From contig JACPCX010000155.1 of the NCBI GenBank assembly GCA_016184305.1, positions 1 to 31,546 on the forward strand: a stretch of DNA of 31,546 nucleotides. Direction: 5' to 3'. Positions 21,224 through 29,463 of this stretch are shown piece after piece. Numbering within the stretch: the stretch's first letter is position 1; the number at the start of each line of letters is the position of its first letter. The notes below the pieces were generated by a model. That model worked only from the letters and a program-made list of their open reading frames with translations, was not told the DNA's origin and did no database searches. Source of the DNA: Candidatus Rokuibacteriota bacterium. GTDB taxonomy: Bacteria > Methylomirabilota > Methylomirabilia > Rokubacteriales > CSP1-6. The translations under genes were made by a program, and so were the position numbers.

Positions 21224-22366
21224 ATGAAGAAGTACTACCTCATGGCCCCGGGTCCGACCCCGGTGCCGCCCAGCGTGCTGCTCGCCATGGCGCAGCCCAT
21301 GATCCACCACCGGACGGCCGAGTACGCGGCGCTCTTCACCGGGGTGCGGGCGGGGCTCAAGCGCCTCTTCCAGACGACCGGGGAGGTGATCCCCTTCGTG
21401 TCCTCCGGGACGGGCTCCATGGAGGCCGCGGTGGTCAACACGCTCTCGGCCGGAGACACCGTGCTGGCGCTCCGGGCCGGCAAGTTCGGCGAGCGCTGGG
21501 AGGAGATCTGCCGCGCCTACGGTGTGACCGTGGTGTCGATGGCAGCGCCCTACGGCCAGACGGTGTCCGCGGAGACGGTTGCGGAGGCGCTGCGCAGGCA
21601 CCCCGAGGCGCGCGCCGTGCTCATGCAGCATAGCGAGTCCTCGACGGGCGTGCTCCACGATGTCCAGGGGATTGCCGCCGCGACGCGGGGGACCCCGGCC
21701 ATCCTCATCGTGGACGCCGTCTCGAGCCTCGGCATCGCCGACCTTCGCCTGGACGAGTGGGGCGTGGACCTCGTGGTGGCGGGGTCCCAGAAGGGCCTGA
21801 TGCTGCCACCCGGCCTGTCCTTCTGCGCGCTCTCAGAAAAGGCCTGGGGGCACGTCACGGCGTCGCGGCTGCCCAGGTACTACTTCGATCTCGCCGCCGA
21901 GGGGAAGTCGGTGGCGAAGAACGATGCCCACTTCACGCCGGCGGTGTCGATCATGCTGGGACTGCGCGAGGTGCTGCGGATGCTCGACGCCGAGGGGCTG
22001 CCGAACGTCTTCCGGCGCCACGAGCGGCTGGCGCGCGCCACGCGGGCCGGCGTGGAGGCGCTCGGGCTCGAGCTCTTCGCCAAGGCCAGTCCGAGCCCGG
22101 CGCTGACCGCCGTGGTGGCGCCCTCCGGGATTGACAGCCAGAAGGTGCTCGGCGCCTACTCGGCCTCCCACAACATCACCATCGCCGGCGGCCAGGGGGC
22201 GATGAAGGGCCGGGTCTTCCGGCTCGGGCACATGGGTTACGTGGGCGACTTCGACGTGATCACGGCGCTCTCGGCACTGGAGCAGGTGCTTCACGAGCTC
22301 GGCCACCCCGTGGACTTCGGTGCGGCCGTCAGGGCCGCCCAGAAGGTGTTCGCGGAGCGCGGCTGA
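21224..22366 (+). CDS. Class V PLP aminotransferase (alanine-glyoxylate/serine-pyruvate/phosphoserine type)
   Basis: LMAPGPTP, SSGTGSME, HSESSTGV, VDAVSS, GSQKGLMLPPG and FRLGHMG motifs; SD AAGGAG. Confidence 0.93.
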   Translation: MKKYYLMAPGPTPVPPSVLLAMAQPMIHHRTAEYAALFTGVRAGLKRLFQTTGEVIPFVSSGTGSMEAAVVNTLSAGDTVLALRAGKFGERWEEICRAYGVTVVSMAAPYGQTVSAETVAEALRRHPEARAVLMQHSESSTGVLHDVQGIAAATRGTPAILIVDAVSSLGIADLRLDEWGVDLVVAGSQKGLMLPPGLSFCALSEKAWGHVTASRLPRYYFDLAAEGKSVAKNDAHFTPAVSIMLGLREVLRMLDAEGLPNVFRRHERLARATRAGVEALGLELFAKASPSPALTAVVAPSGIDSQKVLGAYSASHNITIAGGQGAMKGRVFRLGHMGYVGDFDVITALSALEQVLHELGHPVDFGAAVRAAQKVFAERG

Positions 22367-22379
22367 GCCGGGAGCGGTC

Positions 22380-22388
22380 TGGTAGAAT
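22380..22388 (+). promoter_or_regulatory. Possible extended -10 promoter (TGgTAGAAT), near-leaderless
   Basis: TGn-TAGAAT 6 nt before TTG 22395 and 12 nt before ATG 22401. Confidence 0.4.
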
Positions 22389-22394
22389 CAGCCG

Positions 22395-23027
22395 TTGACC
22401 ATGGGCCTCAGACTCTTGCTCCTCCGTCACGCCGAGACCGCCTGGAACCGGGAGCGCCGCTACCAGGGCTGGACGGACACCGGTCTGTCCGATGCCGGGC
22501 GCGGCCAGGCCGAGGCCGCCGGGCGCGCGCTCGCCGGCACCCCGCTCCAGGCCGTCTACGCGAGCCCGCTGTGCCGGGCGCAGGACACCGCCGCCGCCGT
22601 CGCTGCGCCCCATGGGCTTGTGGTCCGCGCGGCCGAGGCCTTCAAGGAGATGGGCTTCGGCCGCTGGGAGGGGCTCACGGTGGACGAGGCGCGCGCCCAG
22701 GACCCTGCCCTCTATCGCGCCTGGCTCGAGACGCCACACCTGGCCTCGCCGCCGGGGGGCGAGAGCCTCGAGGAGGTCAAGCGGCGGGTGCTGGCGGGGC
22801 TCGATGCGCTGCGGAACGAGCACGACGAGGAGACGGTGTGCCTCGTGGCCCACGGCATCACGGCGCGCATCCTGATCCTCGAGGCCCTGGGTCTGCCGCT
22901 GGCGCGGATCTGGTCGCTCCACGTCTCCTCGGCGGGCATCTCGGAGCTCGAGTTCCGGCCGGACTGGACCGCGCTGCACCGGATGAACACGCTCGTCCAC
23001 CTTGACGCCGTCCTGGCCGGGCGGTAG
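22395..23027 (+). CDS. Histidine phosphatase superfamily protein (dPGM/CobC/PspA-like)
   Basis: LRHAET.WN..RYQG..D, SPL.RA.DT, EMGFGRWEG, GGES and LVAHG motifs. Start 22395 or 22401. Confidence 0.92.
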   Translation: MTMGLRLLLLRHAETAWNRERRYQGWTDTGLSDAGRGQAEAAGRALAGTPLQAVYASPLCRAQDTAAAVAAPHGLVVRAAEAFKEMGFGRWEGLTVDEARAQDPALYRAWLETPHLASPPGGESLEEVKRRVLAGLDALRNEHDEETVCLVAHGITARILILEALGLPLARIWSLHVSSAGISELEFRPDWTALHRMNTLVHLDAVLAGR

Positions 23028-23038
23028 GAGTCCCCGCG

Positions 23039-24370
23039 GTGGAGCGCCGGCCGCAACAGACCCAGCTGCCCAAGGGCGTCAAGATCTACCTCCCCGACGA
23101 GGCCGCGCAGAAGCGCGTCGTCGAGGAGCGCCTGCTGGGCGTCTTCCGCCGCTGGGGGTACCGCGAGGTGGTGACGCCCACCTACGAGTACTTCGACGTG
23201 CTGTCCCAGGGGACGGACCACGACCTCCAGGAGGGCATGTTCAAGATGGTGGACCGCGAGTCGGGGCGGCTCCTGGCTCTCCGCGCGGACATCACGCCCC
23301 AGATCGCGCGCATCGTGGCCACGCGGATGCGGGACGAGCCCAAGCCCCTCCGTCTCGCGTACGTCACCAACGTCTTCCGGTACGACGAGCCTCAGGTGGG
23401 CCGCTACCGGGAGTTCTACCAGGCGGGCGTCGAGCAGGTGGGCCTGCCGAACCCGGAGGGCGATGCCGAGATGATCGCCATGACGGTGGAGTGCCTGCGC
23501 GCGCTCGGGCTCGACCAGTTCCAGCTCGACGTCGGGCAGACGGACTTCTTCCGCGGCATCCTCGAGGACCTCGCCGTGGACGAGACGACGGCGGGCCGGC
23601 TCCGCTCGGCGCTCTCGCGCAAGGACGTCTCGGCCCTCGAGCGGCGAGTGGAGGAGCTGGGCGCGCCGGCGGCCGTGACCGAGCTGCTCCTGGCGCTGCC
23701 CTCGCTGTACGGCCGCGGCGAGGTGATCGCGCGCGCCGAGCGGCTCGTGAAGAACGCGCGCTCGGAGGCGGCGCTCCGCAACCTGTCCGAGGTGTACCGG
23801 CTGCTGGGGCTGTACGGCCTGGCCGGCGCGGTGCTGCTCGATCTCGGCGAGGTGCGCGGCTTCGACTACTACTCCGGGGTGCACTTCGAGGCCTACGTCA
23901 CCGGGCTCGGGGCGGCGCTGGCGGGGGGCGGGCGCTACGACCAGATGCTGGGGCGCTTCGGCTACGACTGCCCGGCGACGGGCTTTGCCGTCGAGGTGGG
24001 GCGGGCGCTCCTGGCCATGGACTCCCAGGGCGCGGCGGCGGCGCTGCCCGGGCCGGACTTCTTCATCATCGACTTCACCGCGGACAAGACGCGGGCACTG
24101 GCGCTCGCGCGCCGGTACCGCGATCTCGGCGCCGCGGTGGCGCGGGACATCATCAGTCGAGGGATCGAGGACTCCATCGCCCATGCGCGCCAGCAGCGCG
24201 CGCGCTGGGTGCTCGTGATCGGAGGAGGCCGGACCGAGCCCGACGAGGTGCGCGTGGTGGACCTCTCGGTGGATGAGGAGCGGACGTGCGCCGTCGCCGA
24301 TCTTCTCGCCGATCCCGCGCGGCACTTCCCCGTATTCCGACCCGAGAGCGGGAGTCGCGGCCATGCCTAA
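23039..24370 (+). CDS. hisZ: ATP phosphoribosyltransferase regulatory subunit HisZ
   Basis: HisRS-like fold with LRADITPQIAR, REFYQAGVE, DLGEVRGFDYYSG and GGGRYD; adjacent to purA, the usual hisZ context. Confidence 0.9.
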   Translation: MERRPQQTQLPKGVKIYLPDEAAQKRVVEERLLGVFRRWGYREVVTPTYEYFDVLSQGTDHDLQEGMFKMVDRESGRLLALRADITPQIARIVATRMRDEPKPLRLAYVTNVFRYDEPQVGRYREFYQAGVEQVGLPNPEGDAEMIAMTVECLRALGLDQFQLDVGQTDFFRGILEDLAVDETTAGRLRSALSRKDVSALERRVEELGAPAAVTELLLALPSLYGRGEVIARAERLVKNARSEAALRNLSEVYRLLGLYGLAGAVLLDLGEVRGFDYYSGVHFEAYVTGLGAALAGGGRYDQMLGRFGYDCPATGFAVEVGRALLAMDSQGAAAALPGPDFFIIDFTADKTRALALARRYRDLGAAVARDIISRGIEDSIAHARQQRARWVLVIGGGRTEPDEVRVVDLSVDEERTCAVADLLADPARHFPVFRPESGSRGHA

Positions 24371-25691
24371 CATCGTGGTGGTGGGCGCCCAGTGGGGCGA
24401 CGAGGGCAAGGGGAAGGTCGTGGACGTGCTGGCCCCGCACGTGGACGTGGTGGTGCGCTACCAGGGCGGCAACAACGCGGGGCACACGGTGGTCGTGGGG
24501 AAGGAGAAGTTCGTGCTCCAGACCATCCCCTCGGGGATCCTCCACCGCGGCTGCCGCTGCGTGATCGGCTGCGGCGTCGTCATCAACCCGGCCTCGCTCA
24601 TCGACGAGATGGAGGCGCTGGTGCAGCGGGGTGTCTCCCTGGACGGCAACCTCTACATCTCCAAGAACGCGCACCTCATCATGCCCTACCACCCGGCACT
24701 GGACCGCGCGGCGGAGTCGCAGGCCGGCAAGCGCCGCATCGGCACCACGGGCAAGGGCGTGGGGCCGGCCTACGCGGACAAGGCCGCGCGCGTGGGCATC
24801 CGCATGGCGGACCTCCTGGACGAGCAGCTCTTCCGGGACAAGCTCGAGTTCAATATCCGCCAGAAGAATCGGCTCCTGCGCGAGATCTACGATGCCGAGG
24901 AGTTCACGGTGGAGGCGATCCTCGGGCCGTACCTCCGCTACGCCGGGTGGCTGGCGCCCTACATCACGGACACGGCCCTGCTGCTCTCGCGCTGGATCGA
25001 CGGCGGCGCCTCCGTCATGTTCGAGGGAGCGCAGGGCACCATGCTGGATGTGGACCACGGGACCTACCCGTTCATCACCTCGTCGAGCACGACGGCCGGG
25101 GGCGCGTCCACCGGGTCCGGCGTGCCGCCCACGAAGATCCACGGGGCGCTCGGCATCTCCAAGGCGTACTGCACCCGCGTGGGCGGCGGCCCGTTCCTGA
25201 CGGAGGTCTCGGGCGACCTCGCCGACCTCCTGCGCACCCGCGGCAACGAGTTCGGCTCGGTCACCGGACGGCCCCGGCGCTGCGGCTGGGTGGACGCCGT
25301 CGGGCTCCGGTATGCCGCCCGCATCAACGGTCTCGACGCGTTCGCCATCACCAAGCTCGACGTGCTCGACGCCTCCGAGACGGTGAAGATCTGCGTGGGG
25401 CATCGGTACCGCGGCGAGGTCTTCACGGAATTCCCCGAGGAGGAGCGCATCTGGCACGAGGCGGCGCCCGTCTACGAGGAGCTGTCGGGGTGGCAGACCT
25501 CGACCCACGGCATGCAGGACTATGCCGAGCTGCCCACCAAGGCGCGGGAGTATCTCGAGCGGCTCTCCGAGATCGTCGGCGTCGGCATCGCGCTGGTCTC
25601 CACCGGCCCCGTCCGTGACGACACGATCATCGTCGCGGGCTCGGCGCTGTCCCGCTGGTTCCCGTCGCTCGGCCGCGCGGCCTCCCCGTAG
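24363..25691 (+). CDS. purA: Adenylosuccinate synthetase
   Basis: GAQWGDEGKGK, GGNNAGHT, IGTTGKGVGPAY, EGAQG, GTYPFITSS and TGRPRRCGW motifs. Confidence 0.99.
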   Translation: MPNIVVVGAQWGDEGKGKVVDVLAPHVDVVVRYQGGNNAGHTVVVGKEKFVLQTIPSGILHRGCRCVIGCGVVINPASLIDEMEALVQRGVSLDGNLYISKNAHLIMPYHPALDRAAESQAGKRRIGTTGKGVGPAYADKAARVGIRMADLLDEQLFRDKLEFNIRQKNRLLREIYDAEEFTVEAILGPYLRYAGWLAPYITDTALLLSRWIDGGASVMFEGAQGTMLDVDHGTYPFITSSSTTAGGASTGSGVPPTKIHGALGISKAYCTRVGGGPFLTEVSGDLADLLRTRGNEFGSVTGRPRRCGWVDAVGLRYAARINGLDAFAITKLDVLDASETVKICVGHRYRGEVFTEFPEEERIWHEAAPVYEELSGWQTSTHGMQDYAELPTKAREYLERLSEIVGVGIALVSTGPVRDDTIIVAGSALSRWFPSLGRAASP

Positions 25692-25713
25692 CGCGCGCTC
25701 GAGCCGCCCGGCC

Positions 25714-25742
25714 TTGACGGGGCTCTGCGCGGCGGGTAGGTT
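25714..25742 (+). promoter_or_regulatory. Putative sigma70-type promoter of the cyclase gene
   Basis: TTGACG (25714-25719), 17-bp spacer, TAGGTT (25737-25742); GGGAGG SD before GTG 25764. Confidence 0.55.
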
Positions 25743-25763
25743 GGGCGCAGGGGAGGGCTGGGT

Positions 25764-28700
25764 GTGACGTGTCCGCGGTGCCAGAGCGGCAACCGCCCGG
25801 GAATCAAGTTCTGCGAGGAGTGCGGGGCCCGCCTGGCCCTCGCATGCCCCTCCTGCGGCGCCGAGGTCCTCCCGGACCGGAAGTTCTGCGGCGCTTGCGG
25901 CGGGGCCCTGGCCGAGAGGCCCGCCGGCCGGACCGCCTCGCCACAGGCCTACACCCCGAAGCACCTCGCCGAGAAGATCCTCGTCTCCAAGAGTGCGCTG
26001 GAGGGCGAGCGCAAGCAGGTCACCGTGCTCTTTGCCGATCTCAAGGGCTCCATGGAGCTGCTCGCCAACCGCGACCCGGAAGAGGCCCGCCGGCTCCTGG
26101 ACCCGGTCCTCGATCGGATGATGGAGGCCGTCCACCGCTACGAGGGCACTGTGAACCAGGTCATGGGCGACGGGATCATGGCGCTCTTCGGGGCGCCCCT
26201 CGCCCACGAGGACCACGCGGTGCGCGCCTGCTATGCCGCGCTCCGGATGCAGGAGACGGTGGGGGGGTACGCCGAGGAGCTGCGCCGGACCCAGGGGCTC
26301 GACGTCCAGATCCGCGTGGGCCTCAATTCCGGCGCGGTGGTGGTCCGCTCCATCGGCAGCGACCTGCACATGGACTACACGGCCGTGGGGCAGACCACGC
26401 ACCTCGCCGCGCGCCTGGAGCAGCTCGCCCGTCCCGGGACGACGCTGATGACGGCCAACACCCTCCGGCTCGCCGAGGGCTATGTGGAGGTCCATCCGCT
26501 GGGGCCCGTGCCGGTGAAGGGCCTCGCCGATGCCGTGCAGGTCTATGAGATCGTGGGCGCGGGGCCGGTGCGCTCCCGGCTGCAGGCCGCCGCCGCCCGC
26601 GGACTCTCCCCCTTCGTGGGGCGCGATGGGGAGATCGACGTGCTGCGCCAGTCGCTGGAGCCCGTGCAGGACGGCCACGGGCAGATGGTGGCCGTCGTCG
26701 GCGAGCCTGGCGTGGGCAAGTCGCGGCTCTTCTGGGAGTTCACCCACTCGCATCGGCTTCACGGCTGGCTGATCCTCGAGGGGAGCGCTGTGTCGTATGC
26801 GCGGCTCACCTCCTACTACTCGGTCGTCGATCTCCTCCGCGGCTACTTCCAGATCGACGATCGCGACGACGCCCGCAGGATTCGCGAGAAGGTCACGGGC
26901 AAGCTTCTCACGCTGGACGAGGCGCTTCGGCCCACGCTGCCGACCTTCCTCGAGCTCCTGGACGTGCCCGTGGAGGACCCGGAGTGGCAGGCGCCCGATC
27001 CGCCGCTCCGCCGCCAGCGGACGCTGGAGGCCGTCAAGCGGCTCCTCCTCCGCGAGAGCCAGGTGCAGCCGCTGGTGCTGGTGTTCGAGAACCTCCAGTG
27101 GATCGACTCCGAGACCCAGGCCTGTCTCGGCCACCTCGTCGAGGCCCTGCCGACGGCGCGTGTCCTGATCCTGGTCAATTACCGGCCGGAGTACGAGCAC
27201 CCGTGGGGCGGCCGGCGCTACTACACCCAGCTCCGCCTCGATCCGCTCCCGCCCGTCACCGCGGGCGCCCTCCTGCGCGCGCTCCTGGGAGACGACGCTT
27301 CGCTCGAGCCCGTCAAGCGCCTGCTGATCGAGGGCACCGAGGGCAACCCGTTCTTCATCGAGGAGGGCGTCCGCATGCTCATCGAGACGCAGGTCCTCGC
27401 CGGGGAGCCCGGTGCCCATCGTCTGGCAAAGGCGCTCACGACCATCGAGGTGCCCGCCACGGTGCAGGCGGTGATCGCCTCGCGCATCGACCGGCTCGCC
27501 CCCGAGGAGCGGCGGCTCCTGCACGCCGCCTCCGTCATCGGCAAGGACGTGCCGCTGGTCCTCCTGCGCGCCGTGGCGGACCTGCCGGAGGACGCCCTGC
27601 GCGAGAGCCTCACGCGGCTTCAGGCGGCCGAGTTCCTCTACGAGACGGGGCTGTACCCCGATCTCGAATACACCTTCACCCACGCGCTGACGCACGACGT
27701 GGCCTACGGCACGCTGCTCCAGGAGCGGCGCCGCGCGCTCCACGCCCAGATCCTCAGGACCATCGAGCGCCTGTCTCCCGATCGCCACGCCGAGCAGGCC
27801 GAGATGCTGGCCGATCACGCGTTCCGCGGCGAGGTGTGGGACAGGGCCGTGCCCCACCTCCGCAAGGCCGGCGCCAAGGCGGCGGCGCGCTCCGCCAACG
27901 TGGAGGCCGTCGTGTATCTGGAGCGGGCGCTCACCGCCCTGGGGAAGCTGCCGGAGAGCCGCGAGACGACGCAGGAGGGCATCGACCTGCGCCTGGAGCT
28001 GCGGCCGCCGCTGCTCCAGCTGGGGGATCTGCCGAAGGTGCTCGCGGTGTCGCAGCAGGCCGAGAACATGGCCAAGCTGATCGGCGACGAGGCGCGGCTG
28101 GCGCGGGTGTATAGCTACCTGATCAATTACCACTACCTCAAGGGCGAGCCGGAGATGGCCATCGCCTACGGCGAGCGCTGCCTCGCCATCGGCGAGGCCG
28201 GGGCCGACGCGGCGCTGCAGGCGATGGCGCGCAGCTACATCGGCTACAGCTATCACGCGCGGGGTCAGTACCGTGAGGCCGAGACGATCCTCGCCCGGAA
28301 CGTGGAGAAGCTCGAGGCCATGCGCGCCCTCGAGGGCGCGGGGCCCCAGACGGTGATCTCCTACGTGAGCTCGAGCGGCTGGCTCGCCTTCACGCTGGCC
28401 GAGCTCGGGGACTTCGACCAGGCGCGCGCCTGCGCCGACACGGCCGAGCGGACGGCGGAGGCCGAGCGCCACGCCTACGCCCAGGCGATCGCGTGGAGCC
28501 TCGGGGGGCTCGTGGCGCTACAGCGCGGGCATCTGGACCGGGCGCTGCACTTGCTGGAGAAGAGCCTCGAGACCTGCCGGACCAAGCAGCTCACGGTATG
28601 GCAGCCGATCCCGTCATCGCTGCTCGGGCTCACTCAGGTCCTTCTCGGCCGGCCGGAAGAAGGGCTGCGTCTCCTGGAGGACGGGGTCGCGCGCACCGAG

Positions 28701-29378
28701 GCGCTCGGCGTGAAGGCGTACCTCGCGCTCTGGGCGGCGCAGCTCGGCGAGGGCCTCGTCGCCGCCGGCCAGGCCTCCCGCGCGTTCGCGGCGGGCGAGA
28801 AAGCGCTCAGCCTCGCCATCGCCCACAAGGAGCGCGGCCACCAGGCCCGCGCGCTCCGGCTCCTGGGCGAGGTCGCCCTGCGCAGCCATCCGCCGGATCT
28901 GGCGAAGGCGGGGCAGGACTTCGCCCAGGCCCTCGCGCTGGCGGAGGAGCTCGGCATGCGCCCGCTCGCCGGTCGGATCCGCCTCGGGCTCTGCCAGCTC
29001 CACCTCGAGACGGGACACCGCCCCCAGGCCGAGGAGCACCTGATCGCCGCACTCGCCCTGTTCCGCTCGCTCGACATGCGCTTCTTCCTCGCGCAGGCGA
29101 CGGCCGAGCTCAAGCGCCTCGGGCACATCTTCGTCGTGGCCCACCACAACCTCGGTCTCTTCGAGTTCCTCAAGGAGAAGTTCGCCGGCGATGGCGAGGT
29201 GACGGTGATCCTGGATCGGCGGGGCAGCGAGCGCCGGGGCGACGGGCCCCCTTCCGCCTCCGAGCGGGGCCGTGCCGAGCGCCGTTACCCCGGCTCGGGT
29301 GACGGCGCCCTGCGCCTGCGGGGCCTGGTCGTGCTCCCGCGCGAGGCGGGCCCACCGCCGGCGCGCTTCTCCGAGTAG
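25764..29378 (+). CDS. Multidomain signalling protein: double Zn-ribbon, class III adenylate/guanylate cyclase, STAND/AAA ATPase, TPR-like repeats and a small C-terminal domain
   Basis: Four CxxC pairs; ERKQVTVLFADLKGS, MGDG and IRVGLNSG cyclase motifs; GEPGVGKS Walker A; TEGNPFFIEE; YTFTHALTHDVAY; helical repeats. The last two codons and the stop come from the inserted intron. Confidence 0.95.
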   Translation: MTCPRCQSGNRPGIKFCEECGARLALACPSCGAEVLPDRKFCGACGGALAERPAGRTASPQAYTPKHLAEKILVSKSALEGERKQVTVLFADLKGSMELLANRDPEEARRLLDPVLDRMMEAVHRYEGTVNQVMGDGIMALFGAPLAHEDHAVRACYAALRMQETVGGYAEELRRTQGLDVQIRVGLNSGAVVVRSIGSDLHMDYTAVGQTTHLAARLEQLARPGTTLMTANTLRLAEGYVEVHPLGPVPVKGLADAVQVYEIVGAGPVRSRLQAAAARGLSPFVGRDGEIDVLRQSLEPVQDGHGQMVAVVGEPGVGKSRLFWEFTHSHRLHGWLILEGSAVSYARLTSYYSVVDLLRGYFQIDDRDDARRIREKVTGKLLTLDEALRPTLPTFLELLDVPVEDPEWQAPDPPLRRQRTLEAVKRLLLRESQVQPLVLVFENLQWIDSETQACLGHLVEALPTARVLILVNYRPEYEHPWGGRRYYTQLRLDPLPPVTAGALLRALLGDDASLEPVKRLLIEGTEGNPFFIEEGVRMLIETQVLAGEPGAHRLAKALTTIEVPATVQAVIASRIDRLAPEERRLLHAASVIGKDVPLVLLRAVADLPEDALRESLTRLQAAEFLYETGLYPDLEYTFTHALTHDVAYGTLLQERRRALHAQILRTIERLSPDRHAEQAEMLADHAFRGEVWDRAVPHLRKAGAKAAARSANVEAVVYLERALTALGKLPESRETTQEGIDLRLELRPPLLQLGDLPKVLAVSQQAENMAKLIGDEARLARVYSYLINYHYLKGEPEMAIAYGERCLAIGEAGADAALQAMARSYIGYSYHARGQYREAETILARNVEKLEAMRALEGAGPQTVISYVSSSGWLAFTLAELGDFDQARACADTAERTAEAERHAYAQAIAWSLGGLVALQRGHLDRALHLLEKSLETCRTKQLTVWQPIPSSLLGLTQVLLGRPEEGLRLLEDGVARTEALGVKAYLALWAAQLGEGLVAAGQASRAFAAGEKALSLAIAHKERGHQARALRLLGEVALRSHPPDLAKAGQDFAQALALAEELGMRPLAGRIRLGLCQLHLETGHRPQAEEHLIAALALFRSLDMRFFLAQATAELKRLGHIFVVAHHNLGLFEFLKEKFAGDGEVTVILDRRGSERRGDGPPSASERGRAERRYPGSGDGALRLRGLVVLPREAGPPPARFSE

Positions 29379-29463
29379 GGGAGGTCAGCTCGTCCGTCGG
29401 TAGGACGGCCGGCTGCCTCCCCCCTCACAGACCCGAGCGTGCGGAATTGCCGCACTCGGTTCC
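29370..29463 (-). ncRNA. Group II intron domains V and VI
   Basis: DV GGAACCGAGTGCGGCAATTCCGCACGCTCGGGTCT (29463-29429) has the AC bulge. DVI GGGAGGCAGC...GCTGACCTCCC CT-A-CTCGGA has the branch A 7 nt from the 3' end. Confidence 0.92.

Noticed and set aside
24153..28472. 1439-aa minus-strand ORF and other long antisense ORFs (e.g. 1216-3960, 7054-9669)
   Set aside because: Shadow ORFs opposite well-supported genes in high-GC DNA, with no recognisable motifs.
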